Assembly: GCA_014905635.1 (NCBI GenBank)
Contig: JABVCE010000009.1
Span: forward strand, 806,001 to 870,000
DNA from: Scenedesmus sp. PABB004
Taxonomy: Eukaryota
Reading direction: 5' to 3'
Length of the DNA stretch: 64,000 nucleotides
Shown here: in pieces, positions 25,460 to 37,970 of the stretch
How positions within the stretch are numbered: the stretch's first letter is position 1
Layout of the letters: each line of letters begins with the position of its first letter
The notes under the pieces: model-generated
The model's database searches: none
The model's input: the letters and a program-made list of their open reading frames with translations, nothing else
What the model was told of the DNA's origin: nothing
Program-made: the position numbers and the translations under genes

Positions 25460-26068
25460 GGGCCTCGCCGCAGATGGCCAGCGCCGCGTCCGCGTCCGCG
25501 CCGCGCCCCAGGCCGCGGGCTCGCTTTCTTGTGTGCTCCGGGCGCGCCCGCGTGCGCGGCGGGGCGCCGGGCGCGTCGCCAACAGCCGCGCGCGCGGCGT
25601 GTGCGCTCGGGCGCGCTGCGGCTCGGCCGGGCGCCGGGCGGCGCGCGGGGACTGGGCGGCGGCGGCGCCGCGCCGGGCCAGGCCGCCGCGCCGGCGACGG
25701 GCGCCGCGCGCCGGGGGCTGCGCGTCAGCGGAGTAACAAGTCGCCGCACGCGCGGGCAGCACCCCGCGCGGCGCCGGAAAAAGGTGCCTCCATCGCCGCC
25801 TGTCACGCCGCGCGCGCCCCGGGGCGCGCCGCGGCCGCGGCTGCGCAGCCGGCCTACCTGCTGCGGCGCCCCTGGTCGCGGGGCCGGGCGCGCGGCCCCG
25901 ACCGGCCGCGCGGCGGCGCCGCGGGCGTTTTGCTCTCAGTGGGGGCGCCAGCGGCCGACGGGCGCCGCAGCGCGCCTGCCGCTCAGTCGGCGGCGCCCTG
26001 GCTCCGCCGCTGCGCGTCGCCGAGCGCCGCGCGCAGCGCGGCCAGCTCGCCCTCCTTGGCGGCCAGCT
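25460..26068. repeat. Inverted repeat arm B; comprises the last codons and 3' UTR of the small coiled-coil gene
   Basis: Reverse complement of 21483-22098. The inner ~300 bp are near-identical and the outer part has indels. Confidence 0.95.
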
Positions 26069-26234
26069 GCGCGCGCAGCTCCGCGATCTGCGCGTCCTGC
26101 GCCTCCAGCAGCTGCGGGACGTGCGTCTGGACGATGAGCAGCTCCTCCTCCAGCGTGTCGCGCGGCAGCGTTGTGAGGCGCTCCTGCGCCGCGGCGGCCG
26201 TTTGCCCCGCGGGAGAGCCGCCCGTCGAGCTCAT
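25983..26234 (-). CDS. Small (83 aa) intronless coiled-coil protein of unknown function
   Basis: MSSTGG...LPRDTLEEELLIVQTHVPQLLEAQDAQIAELRAQLAAKEGELAALRAALGD...*. It has host-like codon usage, a heptad pattern and a downstream TGTAA. Confidence 0.7.
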   Translation of the reverse strand: MSSTGGSPAGQTAAAAQERLTTLPRDTLEEELLIVQTHVPQLLEAQDAQIAELRAQLAAKEGELAALRAALGDAQRRSQGAAD

Positions 26235-26914
26235 GCTGCGGGGCGCTGCCCGCGGCGGCGGCGGCGGCGGTGGCAGCGGCGGTGGTGTCGGCGGTGTGTG
26301 TCGAGCGTGCATGCGTGGGCAGACGGGCAGCGGCTGCGCGCTGCACGCGTGTGCAGCGGCAGCGCCGCGCTGCCGCGCGCCCCGCGCCCCGCGGCGCACC
26401 GAGAGGCGCCGCTGCGGCGCGTTCGGGAGCAGAACGTTCTCACGAGTGCTGGGGACGGCTGAGCGCGGTGTCGCAGCGACCAGGCTGACGAGAGAGCGCG
26501 CGCGCGACTGCCTGCCGCCGCTGTCCGAGCGCTGCGGCGCGGCTGAGCGGCAAGTCCTGGATTGGTCGGAGATGGCGTGGTGCAGGCCAGCGGCGCACCG
26601 CGAAAACCAGCAGAGGCGGGCCGCGCAAAGCCCTGCGCCGGCTCGCCGTTGGGCCGCCGTGGCGGTGCGCCGCACAGCCCCATCCGCGCCGTCTCCACAG
26701 CTACCGGGGCTCGGCCTCAGCAGCAGCAGACCGCCCACCCCGCTGCCGCCGCTGCTCCTGTTGCCACCCGCAGCCGGCGGTGGTTGTTTGCCGCGCCGCT
26801 GCGCCCATCGCACGCCGCACGCCAGCCCCAGCACCGACAGGCGGGGCGCACCAGCGGCAAGCGGCAGCGGCAGCGCCTGTGCACGGCGCGCCGCGCCCGG
26901 CGGGAGCAGCGGCG

Positions 26915-28463
26915 ATGGCGGCGGGCGGCGGCAAGCAGCAGCGCGCCGCCGCCGGCTGCTGGCCGCCCGGGGGCGCGGCGCGCGCCGGCGGCGGCGGCGG
27001 CGGCGGCGGCCGGGGCAGCGCCGGCGCGCCGCCGGGGCCGTGGGGCCGCGTCGTCGACGCGATCGCGTCGCGCCTCGCCTTCTTCCCGCCAGACCCGCCG
27101 AGCTACAGCGTGCAGGAGCACCGCGACGGCTCGGGCCAGCTCTACATCCAGCCCCTGGACAGGCGCGCGCGGGTCCTGCGAGCGCCGCCGCGCCGCGCCG
27201 CGAGCGCCGCCGCGCCGCGCCGCGCCGCGCCGCGCCGCGCCACGCCACCCCACGCCGCGCCGCAACACCGCACGCCGCGCTGGGCTGGGCAGGTCGTACC
27301 AGCGCGTCACGTCGGCGCGCGTGGCGTGGCTGGACACGGCGTCCGGCAGCCGCATCGTGTCGGCGTTCGTGCCGCACCTCGACGGCCGCGGCGGCCGCGC
27401 GCGCACGACGCTGCTGTACAGGTGCGGCGCCGCCGCGCGGCAGCGGGCCGCGGCCGCGCGGCGTTGCGCGGCCCGCGCACGCGCGCCTGAGCCTGCCCGC
27501 CCGCCGCGCGGCAGCCACGGCAACGCGGTGGACCTCGGCCAGATGCTACCGGTCTTCAGGTGCGGCTGGAGCGGCGGCGGGAGCGGCGGCGGGAGCGGCG
27601 CGGCGGCGCGGCGGGAGCGGGGGGGGGCGCGCGGGGCGGCGCGTCCTGCAAGCGCGCCGCGCGCGGCACCGGCGTGCGCCGCCGCGCAGGGACCTGGGGC
27701 GGCTGCTGCGCGTCAACGTGATGGGCTATGACTACACAGGCTATGGCCCCGGCGCGGCCCGCCCCGCGAGCGTGAGCGCGACGCACGGCGACATCTGCGC
27801 CGCGCTCGACGCGCTCGAGGCCCTGCACGGCGTGCCGCGGCGCGACGTCGTGCTGTACGGCCAGAGCGTGGGCTCGGGGCCCACGGTGGGTGCCCGCACA
27901 CACGCGCAAGCCGGGCGGGCGGGTGGGCGGGCGGGAAGGCGTCGCGCCGACGCGCCGCCGCCGCCGCGCCGCAGGTGTGGCTCGCGGCGCAGCGGCCGGG
28001 CGTGGCGGGCGTCGTGCTGCACTCGCCGCTGCTGAGCGGCGTGCGCGTGTTCAACCCGGGGCTGCGCTTCTGGTGCGGCCGCCTGGGGCCGCCGCCTGGG
28101 GGCGCCGCCTGGGGGCGCCGCCTGGGGGCGCAGCGGGCGCAACCCCCCGGGCCGCGCCCGCTCAGCCGCCGCCGCCGCGCCCGCCGCCGCTGCCGCAGGC
28201 CGGGCTTCCTTGACATCTTCCCCAACCACGTGCTGATCAAGCGCGTGGACGTGCCGCTGCTCGTCATGCACGGCACCGCCGACGAGGTCATCGACGTGAG
28301 CGCGGGGCGGCGGCTCGCCGCGCTCGCGCCGGCCGCGGTCGAGCCGCTCATCGCGGAGGGCTTTGACCACCAGAACCTCGAGGCCTGCCCCGAGTTCGTG
28401 CCGCGCCTGCGGCGCTTCCTCGAGGAGGTCGACGCGGCGCGCGGGGCTGAGGCGCGGCCTTGA
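26915..28463 (+). CDS. ABHD17: ABHD17-family alpha/beta hydrolase (putative protein depalmitoylase)
   Basis: IASRLAFFPPDPPSY, LLY|SHGNAVDLGQM, MGYDYTGYG, YGQSVGSGPT, VLHSPLLSG, VMHGTADEVID and DHQNLE. Confidence 0.92.
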
Positions 28464-28628
28464 ACCTGCTCTGAACCTGGAACCCACGCCGCCCCGCGCC
28501 GCCGGTCTTCGCCGCCGCTCCCGCCGCTCGCCCCACACCGCTCGCTCGGGCCGCTGCGCTCCCCGCCTCTTCTCCTCACCCGTTTCGGCAGCGGCGGCCG
28601 CCGTTGGAGGTGGCGTGCAGCAGCAGAG

Positions 28629-29641
28629 ATGGCCCTGCAAATCAGCCGCCGCGCGGGCCGCGCGGCCGGCCATGGGCTCTCGGCACCGCCACCGCCCCGC
28701 GTGCGCGCCGTGCGCCGCGTACGCCTCGCGGCCGAGCTCGCGGGCGCCACCTTCGAGCAGCGCGTGCCCTCGCCCGCGCCGGAGGGCCGTCGCAACTTGG
28801 TCGTGGCCGTGGACCACTCTGAGGGTGCGTGTGTCGAAGCGGCGAGGCCGCGCGGGGCCGGGCGGGGCCGGCGCGGGCAGCCCCGCACGCGTGCACGTTT
28901 CGCGCATGCAGCTCGCATGCAGCTCGCGGCGGCCTGCCGGGACGCGCGGGACGGTGTCAGCTGAAGGCCCGGCTGCGCGGCTCCGGCCCGCCGCGCGCCC
29001 GCGCGCCCGGTCACCGCCGCGCAGCAGCGCCGCTGCTCGCGCGCGCGCGCTTGACCGGGCCCCCCCGCGCGCGCCCCGCAGCCGCCTACCGCGCGGTCAA
29101 CTGGACGCTGGACCACCTCTACCGCGACGGCGACGTGCTGCACCTGCTCCACGTCCTCCCCGCGGCGTCGACGCTCACGCCGGGCGCGTTTGGCGGCCTC
29201 GCCGCGTCGCTGCCGCCCGAGGAGGGGCTGATGGACCGCATGGAGGAGAACGCCCGCGCCTACTTCGAGGCCCACTTCATGGGCCTCGCGCGCACGCACG
29301 GCGCGGCGACGGTGCTCGACCTCGTGCGCGGCGGCTGCAACGTGTCCGTCAGGCAAGCGGGGGAGCGAGCGAGGGCACGCCAGCGCGCGCCGGCCGGCGC
29401 CCGCGGCGGCGGCCACGCCCCCCGTCCGCCGCGCCGCGCGCTCACCGCGCCGCCGCCGCCGCGCCGCCGCTGGCGGCGTCGCAGCCGCATGATCTGCCAA
29501 AAGGCGGAGGACCTCGGCGCCGCGGTGGTCGTGCTGTGCGAGCACAAGCGCAGCCCGCTGGCGAGCCTCTTTGTGCAGCCCGTCGCGCGGCAGGTCGCCG
29601 AGAACTGCAGGCGCCCGACGGTCGTGCACCGCGAGGGCTGA
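28629..29641 (+). CDS. Universal stress protein A-like protein with transit-peptide-like N-terminus
   Basis: RNLVVAVDHSE, AVNWTLDHLYRDGDVLHLLHV and ICQKAEDLGAAVVVL...VAENCRRPTVV. Confidence 0.88.
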
Positions 29642-30833
29642 GGGCTGAGGCGCCCGCCCGCGTTGCGTGCGTGCGAGGGAACGAGGGCAGGGGGGGAGCA
29701 CTTGTACCACCAACCCGGCGGCGCGCCGCGCGCCCGCCTGTGCCTGTGCCTGGCGGCTGCGACGCCGTCGCCCACGCAATGCCGCTGCATCCGTCGGCCG
29801 GCGAGCGCGCACGGCCGCGCGCACCGGCGCCCGTGCCGGCGCCGGCGCCCCGCGGCGCGCTCGCGTGTGCACCCACGCTGTGTGTGTGTTTGTTGCTGCG
29901 ATGTATGGCTTTTTTACCGCCGGGCGCGGCCGCGGGCTCGCGCGGCGGCGGCACCCGGCGCCCTCACCAGTTTTGTTCTTTGCGCCGCTGAGCGCGGCGG
30001 GGCGGCAGCGCGCTGCGGTTTCTGTTCTGTTTGCGCCCTCCGTGGCGCGCGGTGTGGTTCGCTTTTGCTCGGGCCTTGCCGTTCCCGGCGTGCGGCCCCG
30101 GCGGCGGCGCCCGTGTGGGCGCCGCGCCGATGCCGCGCGGCCGCGGCGGTCGTTTGAGCCGGGCGGGGGGCCGCGCGGGGCCGGGCGGCGCGGGGCAACC
30201 GCTCCGCGGCCGCAGGCCCCCGCGCGTGGTGGTCGTGGTGGTGTGGGGGGGGGGGGGCACGCATGAGGCGCGTCCGGTGGTGCGGCCGTGTCGCCCGTCA
30301 AGGAGGGCGCTCGGAGAATGACGGCCCGCCCACGCGTGGCGGCGCCAGAGGTGGACGCGGCGGCGGCGGCGGGCGTGGGCGCCCGCCGCGCCCGCGTGTG
30401 AGAGCGCGCGGGGCTGCACGCACGTGACGTGACGACCGGAGGATCAGAGCTCCGTGACCTTACTGACTGACGCGCGGGATGGCTCAATCGGCGGCGTGAG
30501 CGCGCGCTGCGGCGCGGCGCGGCGGGAGCGGAGGGCGGCTGCAGCGACGTGGAGCGCCGCGCGCCTGCGGCGGCGGCGGCGGAGAGACCACTGCACTGGT
30601 CGGCCAAAAAACGCGGGCGCTGTAACCTGGAGAGGCTAAAAGCCGGCGCCCCAGCTGCTGCCCAGCTCCTCAAGCGCTGCCCCACCCTCACGCGCCAGCT
30701 CCTCCTCCTTCTAGCTCGCCTCGCCGACCCTCCGGCAGCGTCGGAGCCACACACGCGCCGCCGGCAGCAGCTCCAGCTCCCCCGACCCCGCGCGCGCGGT
30801 CGCGAGCGCACCGGCTGTCACCAACTCGCCGAC

Positions 30834-32088
30834 ATGCGCTGCGTGGCCCTCGCCCTCGCCCTGGGCGCGGCGATGATGAGCTCGGGTGCTGCTGCGCAAG
30901 CGGCGGCGAATTGGGCGGCGCCGGCGTTCTACAAGGTGCGCACCCTGTCCCATCGCGACTCTCAGCGGCCGCGCCAGCTCCACGCGCAGCGGCCGACCCG
31001 CATGCGCCGTGGCCAGCGCGCGGCGGCGGCGCGCGGCGGAGCTGCTGCTCACCGTGCTCCCCCACGCCGGCGGCGCGGCCGCGCGCAGGGGCTGGAGGGG
31101 CCCAAGTTCACGGTGCTCAAGTCGTTTGACGGCGGCTTCGAGCTGCGCCGCTACGAGCCCGCCTCGTGGGTCTCCACGAAGAAAAGCGCCATGGAGCTCG
31201 ACCAGGCGATGGGCGGCGGCGCCGGCGGCGCGTTCATGGTGCGGCGGCTGCGCGCGCTGCCCGCCGCCCACCATCGCGCGGCGCGCGGCGAGCTGCGCCG
31301 CGCCGCCGGGCACGCACGCCGGCGCCGACGTGTGCACTTGTGCACGCGCCTGACCCCGTGCCGCGGGGCCGCCCCGCCCCCCGCAGAAGCTGTTCAACTA
31401 CATCAGCGGCGCCAACGCGGCGCGCGCCAAGATCCCCATGACCGCGCCCGTGCTCACGCGCGTCACGCCCGGCCAGGCGCGCCGCGCGGTGCTGTGCACC
31501 GCGCGCGCGCGCCGCCGCGCGCAGTGCACGCCCGCCGCGCTCGCGCCGCGCTCACGCCGCGCTCACGCGCGCTCGTCGCGGCGCGGCGCAGGGCCCCACG
31601 TGTGAGAGTGAGTTTGTGGTCAACTTTTACAACCCCGACTCCATGCAGGCGCGCCACACACACGCGCGGGCCTTGGGGGCGGAGGGAGGGGAGAGCGCCA
31701 GCGGTGCACGGCGCCGCCCTCGCGCCGACGCTCGACGCCCGCCCGCGCCGACGCCCGCCGCCGTGCGCCGCCGCCCGCCGCGCAGGCGTCGCTCGCGAGC
31801 GTCCCCAAGCCGACCGACCCGGCGGTCACCATCACCTCGCTGCCCGCCCTCGAGGTGTACGTGCTGCCGTTTGGCGGCCAGGCCAGCAGCGCGACGTGGA
31901 AGGCCAAGGCGGCGGAGCTCGCGGGCAAGCTGACCGCCGCGAAGCTGCCGTTCGACCCCACCTACTGGTACACAGCGGGCTACGATTCGCCCTACACCCT
32001 CACCGGCCGCCACAACGAGGTCTGGCTGCCCGCCAAGGCGCCCGCGGCGGCGTCCGGTGCGCCCAAGGCCGCCGCCGCGGGGCGCTGA
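30834..32088 (+). CDS. Secreted SOUL/HEBP2-family heme-binding protein
   Basis: Signal peptide, then FELRRYEPASWVST, KLFNYISGAN...KIPMTAPV, GPTCES and YTAGYDSPYTLTGRHNEVW. Confidence 0.93.
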
Positions 32089-32323
32089 GCTGCGCACGGG
32101 GTGGGCGTGGCGAGTGGCGCTAAACATGGGCGCAGGGACGTGGTCGGTTGCGAGCGGCGGGGGATTCGTGCGTGGTAGTACTAGTTATGCATGCGTGCGA
32201 GCGAGGGCGGCGAGCGCGGCGCGGCGGTGCAAACGCTGCGTCGTGTCGCGTGCCGCGCCAGCGCTCCGCCCGTTCCCCTCGCCGCGACACCACACCCGCG
32301 TCCCCCTCGAGCGTCTCTCGAGC

Positions 32324-35300
32324 ATGCGTGCCGGCGGCGCCGCGCGCCCCCGTCCCCGCATGGCGGCGCCGCGCGCCGTCGCTGCCCTCGCCGCGCGGAG
32401 CGCCCTCCTCGCCACCGCGGGCGCCATGCGCGTGTCCACGGCGCTGCCGCACGCGCTCGCGTCGCCGACGCGCCGCTGCGGCGCCGCGTGGCCCGGCGCG
32501 GCGCGCGGGCTCGCCAGCCTGGCGCCGACGCCGCTGCTGTTCGCGCCGCGCCCCCTGCCGCGGCGGGCCGTGGCCGCGGCGGGCCTGCCCCCGGACGACC
32601 TGGACTTCCAGCTCATCGCCCGGCCGCTCAGCAGCCTCCAGGCGCCAAAGAGCCACCCGCTGGTGCGCGAGCCCAGCGCGGGCAGCAGCAGCAGCGCCGG
32701 CGCCGCCGACAGCAGCGCGGGCAGCAGCGTCGACGGCGGCGCGTCGTCGAGCGGCGGCGACGCGGAGGGCGAGGTGCTGGCGCACAAGCGCGCGGCGGTG
32801 CAGCAGGCGTTCATCAACGGCTCCCTCGGCTTTGCCTTCTCAGCCGGCGGCCTGGTCTTCCCTTACTAGTGAGCCGGGCGCAGCAGCAGCAGCAGCGCCC
32901 AGCGGGCGGCCCAGCGGGCAGCCCCGCGCGGCCCCTGCCCCCCTCCCTCTCCCCTCGCCGGCGCCCGCCGCCCGCGCGGCCCCGCCGCCGCCCCGCGCCC
33001 GTGCGGCGGCGCGGTGCGACGGCGCCCGCCGCCCGGCGCCGCGCCGCGCCGCGCAGCGTCGGCCTCGTGTCGCGGCTCGTCGACGCGGGCGTGCTGTCGC
33101 GGCCGTCGCAGCTCGCGGGCTCGTCGGCGGGGTCCCTCATCGCTGCGAGTTTCAACGCAGGCGCGTGCTGGAGCCCCGCGGCGCGGTGCCGCCACCTGCA
33201 GGCCGCCGCCGCCCGCGCCGCCGCCCTTGCTCCGCCTCACCCACGCGCCCCGAGCCCACGCCCACGCCCCCCCCCCCCCTTCCCCTTGGGGCCGCGCCGC
33301 CGGCCAGGCCTGGACATGGCCACCGTCGAGCGCAGCATGATTGAGTTTGGCGAGGACTGCCTCAAACACGGCACGCGCTACCGGTGCGCGCGCGGGGTGT
33401 GGGAGGGTTTTAGGCATGGACGGGGTTCAGGCATGGCTGGGTTTCTGGCGTGCCTCCAACAACTGCCGTGCTGCCGCCGCCGGCGCGCGCGCGCGCGCGC
33501 CATACACACGCGCTCCCCGCCGCCCGTGGCCGCCCGCGCGACACGCACACGCACGCAGGCTGGGCCCGCTGCTGCGTGACTTCCTGCAGCAGTACCTGCC
33601 GGCCGACGCGCACGAGCGCTGCAGCGGCACCACGCACGTCGCCGTCACGCGCCTGCTGCCCTACTGGTGCGCCTCGCGCCTCCCCGGGGCGCTGCGCGCG
33701 CGCGCACGCGCCGGCGCCACGCGGCGCTGTGCCTCCGGCGGCGAGGCCTCCACACAAAACACAAAACGCTGTGCACGCAGGCAGACGCAGACGGTGAGCT
33801 CGTTTGAGTCGCGCGACGACCTCATCGCCGCGCTGCTCACGAGCTGCCACATCCCCTGGTGCGCGGCGGTCGCGCGCGCCCGCCCGCCCGCCGCGACACA
33901 GTCGCCTCGCCCGCCGCCGCCGCGCTGCCGCCGCGCCGGCCCCTCAAACCCTGAACCCTGAACCCGCAACGCGCCCCGCAAACGCACGCAAACCCAGGTA
34001 CTTTGACGGCCGCTGGATGACCAAGTTTCGGGGCCGCTACTGCGGTGCGTCGCCGCCCGCACGCGCCGCGCGCGCCGCGCCGCCGCCCGCGTCCTGCGCA
34101 CGCCGCCGCCGACCCCCCTCCCCCCTTCACACACTCACACGCCCCGCACGCACACGCACACGCACCCGCACACGCACACGCGCGCCGCGCGTGCCAGTGG
34201 ACGGCGGCGTGATGGCGTTCATACCCTCGGTGCCGGAGGCCGACTACACAGTCAAGGCGCGCCACACGCTGCCTGCCCGCCCGCTGCCTGCCCGCCCGCC
34301 GCCCGCCCGCCCGCTGCCGGGCCTGCTTGGGAGGGGCTGGGGGCGGCAGAGGCTCGCGCGGCGCGGGGCGCGGGCCGCGGGGGGCCGCCGTGCGTGCCGC
34401 GGCGCCCCGCGCCCCCGGGCCGCGCCGCCGACGCGCGCCGGCGCACGCGCCGGCGCCGCTGACACTCTCCGTGCCCCCTCCCCCCAGGTGATGTGCTTCC
34501 CGAGCAGCCACCTGTCGGCGCTCAAGGCGGGCACGCGCGGGCGGCGGCGCCTGCGGCGCCTGCACGACCTGCTGGACATCGACATCACCATGGACTCCCA
34601 CGAGGCCTGGCCCTACGACCTGCAGCAGGCGCGGCGGCGGCCGCGGGGCGCATGCGGGGCGTGTGTTGACGCGGCGTTTCGTGCAGCACGGCGTGCGCGT
34701 GCTGGGCGTGCTGCGCTGCGTTTGCATGCCGCCGCCCGACGCGCCCCGCCCGCCGCGCCCCGCCCGCCCGCGCGCCAGATTGTCAAGTGGGCGCTCGTCG
34801 CGTCGGCGCAGGAGACGTCGAGCCTGCTGATCGAAAAGGGCAAGCGCGACGCGGCGCTCTGGCTCGAGGTGCGCCGCGGGCGCGGGCGGCGGCGCGGGCG
34901 GCGGCGCGGGCGGCGGCGCGGGCGGCGGCGCGGGCGGCGGCGCGGGCGGCGGCGCGGGCGCGGGCGCGCGGCGCGCGGCCGGGGCTGACGCCGCCGCCTG
35001 CGCTGCGCGCGCCCCTGCAGGCGATGGAGCTGGCGCCGCTCGTTGCGGCGAAGCAGCAGCAGCAGGGACAGCAGCAGCAGCAGCAGCAGCAGGAGGGGCC
35101 GGGACAGCAGCTGTCGGGCGTCGTGCTGCCGGGGCAGCCCCGGGGCGGCCAGCGGCACGCGGCCGGCGCCGGCGCCGGCGACGCGGCGGCGCAGTGGCGC
35201 GACGCCAAGAGCAGCGACGCGCGCGCGGCGGAGGCCGCCCGCGCGCAGGGCGCGGTCGCGGCGGCCGAGGCCGCGGCGGACGACGCCGGCGGCGGCGGCG

Positions 35301-35512
35301 GCGCGGACGACCTGGGCGCCGTCGCGGCGGCCGCCGGCGTGCAGGGGCGCCCGGTGAAGCACGCGGCCGACGCGGCTGCGCTGGCCGAGGCGCCGCCGGC
35401 CAGCAAAAAGGCGCGCACCGGCGGCGCCGCTGCGACCGCCGCGGTGCGCGAGGCTGGCGACGCGCTGCGCGGCGCCGCGTCGGGCGACGGCGAGCGGCCG
35501 CCGCGCGGCTGA
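32324..35512 (+). CDS. Patatin-like phospholipase/lipase, organelle-targeted, multi-exon
   Basis: GFAFSAGGLVFPY, the GxSxG motif LAGSSAGSLIA, LLTSCHIPW|YFDG and VDGGV. The start could be 32324 or 32360. Confidence 0.88.
34881..34952 (+). repeat. Intronic 12-bp minisatellite (CGCGGGCGGCGG)x6
   Basis: Read directly. It lies in the last patatin intron, after the GTGCG donor at 34869. Confidence 0.85.
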
Positions 35513-36071
35513 GCGTTTATGTGTGCTTGTGTGCTTGACTTGCGTGCCGGCGCAGCAGTTGCCCCGCAGTTGCAACCGCAGGCGCGAATCGCGGCGCGCG
35601 CGCTCGCGCAGCAGCGGCACCGGGCGGCGCCGGGTGGCAGTAGCGCCGGTGGCCGGGCGATCGGCTCTAGATGCTAGTGCACTGCTAGGCGACACCGCTG
35701 CAGCTGCGCCGCGACCGGCTGTGCGGCGTGACGGCGGTGGCGCCGGTGAAAAAGAACGGAATGCCCGCGCGCCTTTCTCCCAGGGCTCTGGACCCCGCGC
35801 GCTTGCCTGGCGCCTCAGCACACGCCCTCCTCGCCTCCGCCCGCCCGCGCGCCTCACCTCGCCCGCAAACACCGGGCCTCACTCGCCGGCAGCAGCAGCG
35901 ACAGCAGCAGCGCCGGGGCGTGCGGCGGCGGCGCGGCCGCGCAGCCGGCCGGGGGCCGCCCCGGCGCCCCTCCGCCGCCGGCAGCTCCGCATGAAGCGTT
36001 GCCGCTGGCAGCAGCGCGGCGCCTGAGCGCGGCGGCGGCCGGAGCAGCGCGCACCGGCGGGCGCTGACGCG

Positions 36072-36661
36072 ATGACGGACGTCCGCACGCTGCTCCACCT
36101 GGTGGCCTGGGCGCAGCTGGGCGTGCTGGCGCGCGTGTACCTGGGCCTGCTCTTCGGCGGCGGCTGCGCGGCAGCGCGGCACGCCGGGTGGGCGCCGTGC
36201 GTGACGAGCGCGCACGGCGCGCTGTTCAACGACCTGCCCGCCAACATCGCGGGCAGCTTCCTGATGGGACTCTTCGTCTCCTCCGACGTGCTGAGCAACA
36301 GCCTCAAGCACACGCTCACGGTCGAGGCGCCGCTCGCGGCCGCGCCCGTGCGCAGCCCGCTGCAGGCGCACACGCCGCTGCTCGTCGGCCTGCGCACGGG
36401 GCTGTGCGGCAGCCTCACGACCTACGCGTCGTGGAACCTGCAGACCGTGGTCATGATCGTCGGCGGGCCGGGCGCGGGCGACGTCAACGACGGCTGGGTC
36501 GCCGCGCTGTGCGGGCTGCTGATCGGCCTGCTCTGCTCGCTCGCCTCCCTCGTCGCGGGGCAGCACGCGGCGCTGCTGATCTACCACCGGCTCAATCCAG
36601 GGGCGTTCATCCCCTACGGCTCACCCGCGCCGGAGCAGGCGGCGCTCGAGGCGAGCGCCAA

Positions 36662-36693
<32 letters not shown>

Positions 36694-37820
36694 AGCTCCG
36701 CGCCGGCAGCGCGGGCAGCGCGGTCGGGCGGCGCGTCAGCACCGTGAGCAGCACGCGCGAGGGCCGCACCACGTTTGTCACGGTCGCCGTCGAGGGCGGC
36801 GCCGCCGACGCGGGCGCCGCCGACGCGGGCGCCGCCGGCCGGGGCGAGCCGAGCTACCTCACGGCGGCGGGCAGCGCCGGCAGCGCGGGCGGCTCGCCGC
36901 CCTGGCTCGCATCGCCGCGCTCGGCCGGCGGCGCCGCGGGCGCGAGCGTGGTGGGGTCGCCGTTCGAGCTCGTCGCGGTCGCGGGCGCCCCCGGCGGCGG
37001 CGGCAGCGCGCTGCTTGCGCGCGGCAGCGCCGGCAGCGTGCAGCTCTCGGCGCCGCACGGCGACTGGCGGCGCGCGAGCGCGGAGAGCCTCGCGACGCCG
37101 GAGGCGCTGCCGTCGGGCGTGCTGGCCGAGGTCGTGAGCGAGGTGGACGTGCAGGCGGCCGAGGGCGGCCGGCCGGCGGCGGTCGTGGCGGTCGACGCGC
37201 TCGCGCTGCTCGCGACCGCGGCGCTCAGCGCCGTGTCGCTGTGGCGCATCGTCGCGGGCAGCCGCGCCGCCGGCGGCGGCGCGGCGCTGGCGCACGCCGA
37301 CGCGGCGTTTGCGCCGCAGGCGCTCTGGTGGTCCCTGCTGCTGGGGCCCGCGGGCGCATACGCTCGCTTCTGGCTGTCCCGCTTCAACGGCGCGCTGCGC
37401 GGCGGCCTCAAGTGGTTCCCGGCGGGCACGTTCGCCGCCAACATGGCCGCGTGCGTGATGGACTACGCCGTGCGCGCGGCCGAGGCGCGGCTCGCGCTCG
37501 GGCCGCTGCAGACCGCCGCGCTCGGTGGCGTCATGACCGGCGTGGGCGGCTGCCTCAGCACCGTGTCGACCTGGGTCGCCGAGGTGAGGCGGCCGCGCCA
37601 CCTACGCGCCCCCGGGGCGGCGCCGCGCCGCGCTCGCTGCCGCGCGCGCCGCCGCGCGCCGCCACCGCGTGTCGCCCCGTGCCGCCGGCCCCCGCAGATT
37701 CAGCGGCTGCTGCTCTCCTTCCCCAACACCTCCCACGGCTACAGCTACGTGGGCATCAGCCTCGCGAGCTCGATCGGCCTGGGCCTGCTGATCTACGGCG
37801 TGCCGGTGTGGACCGCGTGA
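36072..37820 (+). CDS. FEX: Fluoride export protein (FEX; two fused CrcB/Fluc domains), one intron near the 3' end
   Basis: DLPANIAGSFLMG, GLRTGLCGSLTTYASW, GTFAANM and GVMTGVGGCLSTVSTW. The intron is ~37584-37697 and TGTAA is at 38049. Confidence 0.92.
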
Positions 37821-37970
37821 CTCTGCGGCGCGCTGGCGGGGGGACGCAGGCCTGCTGCTGCCGCTGCAGCTGGGGTCAAAGTGACCGGCCTGGCGAGCGC
37901 TGCGGTCCAGCACGAGCGCGAGCGGGGGACGGCGGTGCTGCCGAGACGCGAGATGCGAGGGAGCTCTGTG
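37535..37970 (+). repeat. Direct repeat copy 1 (FEX 3' end, intron, last exon and 3' UTR); pairs with 41291-41730
   Basis: The last-exon sequence cagcggctgctgctctccttccccaacac...ccggtgtggaccg is nearly identical at ~41437-41550. Confidence 0.95.

Noticed and set aside
21483..26068. DNA transposon (Mutator/Foldback/Pack type) with long TIRs carrying a kinase
   Set aside because: There is no transposase, the outer ends are decayed rather than sharp, I see no target-site duplication, and the arm derives from a host gene's 3' end.
29642..30830. Possible extra gene or ncRNA between USP and SOUL, and an ACGT/G-box cluster at ~30421-30434
   Set aside because: There is no coding signature or recognisable RNA fold. 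It is best explained as 3' UTR (TGTAA at 30621) and promoter, and the short motifs are not significant alone.
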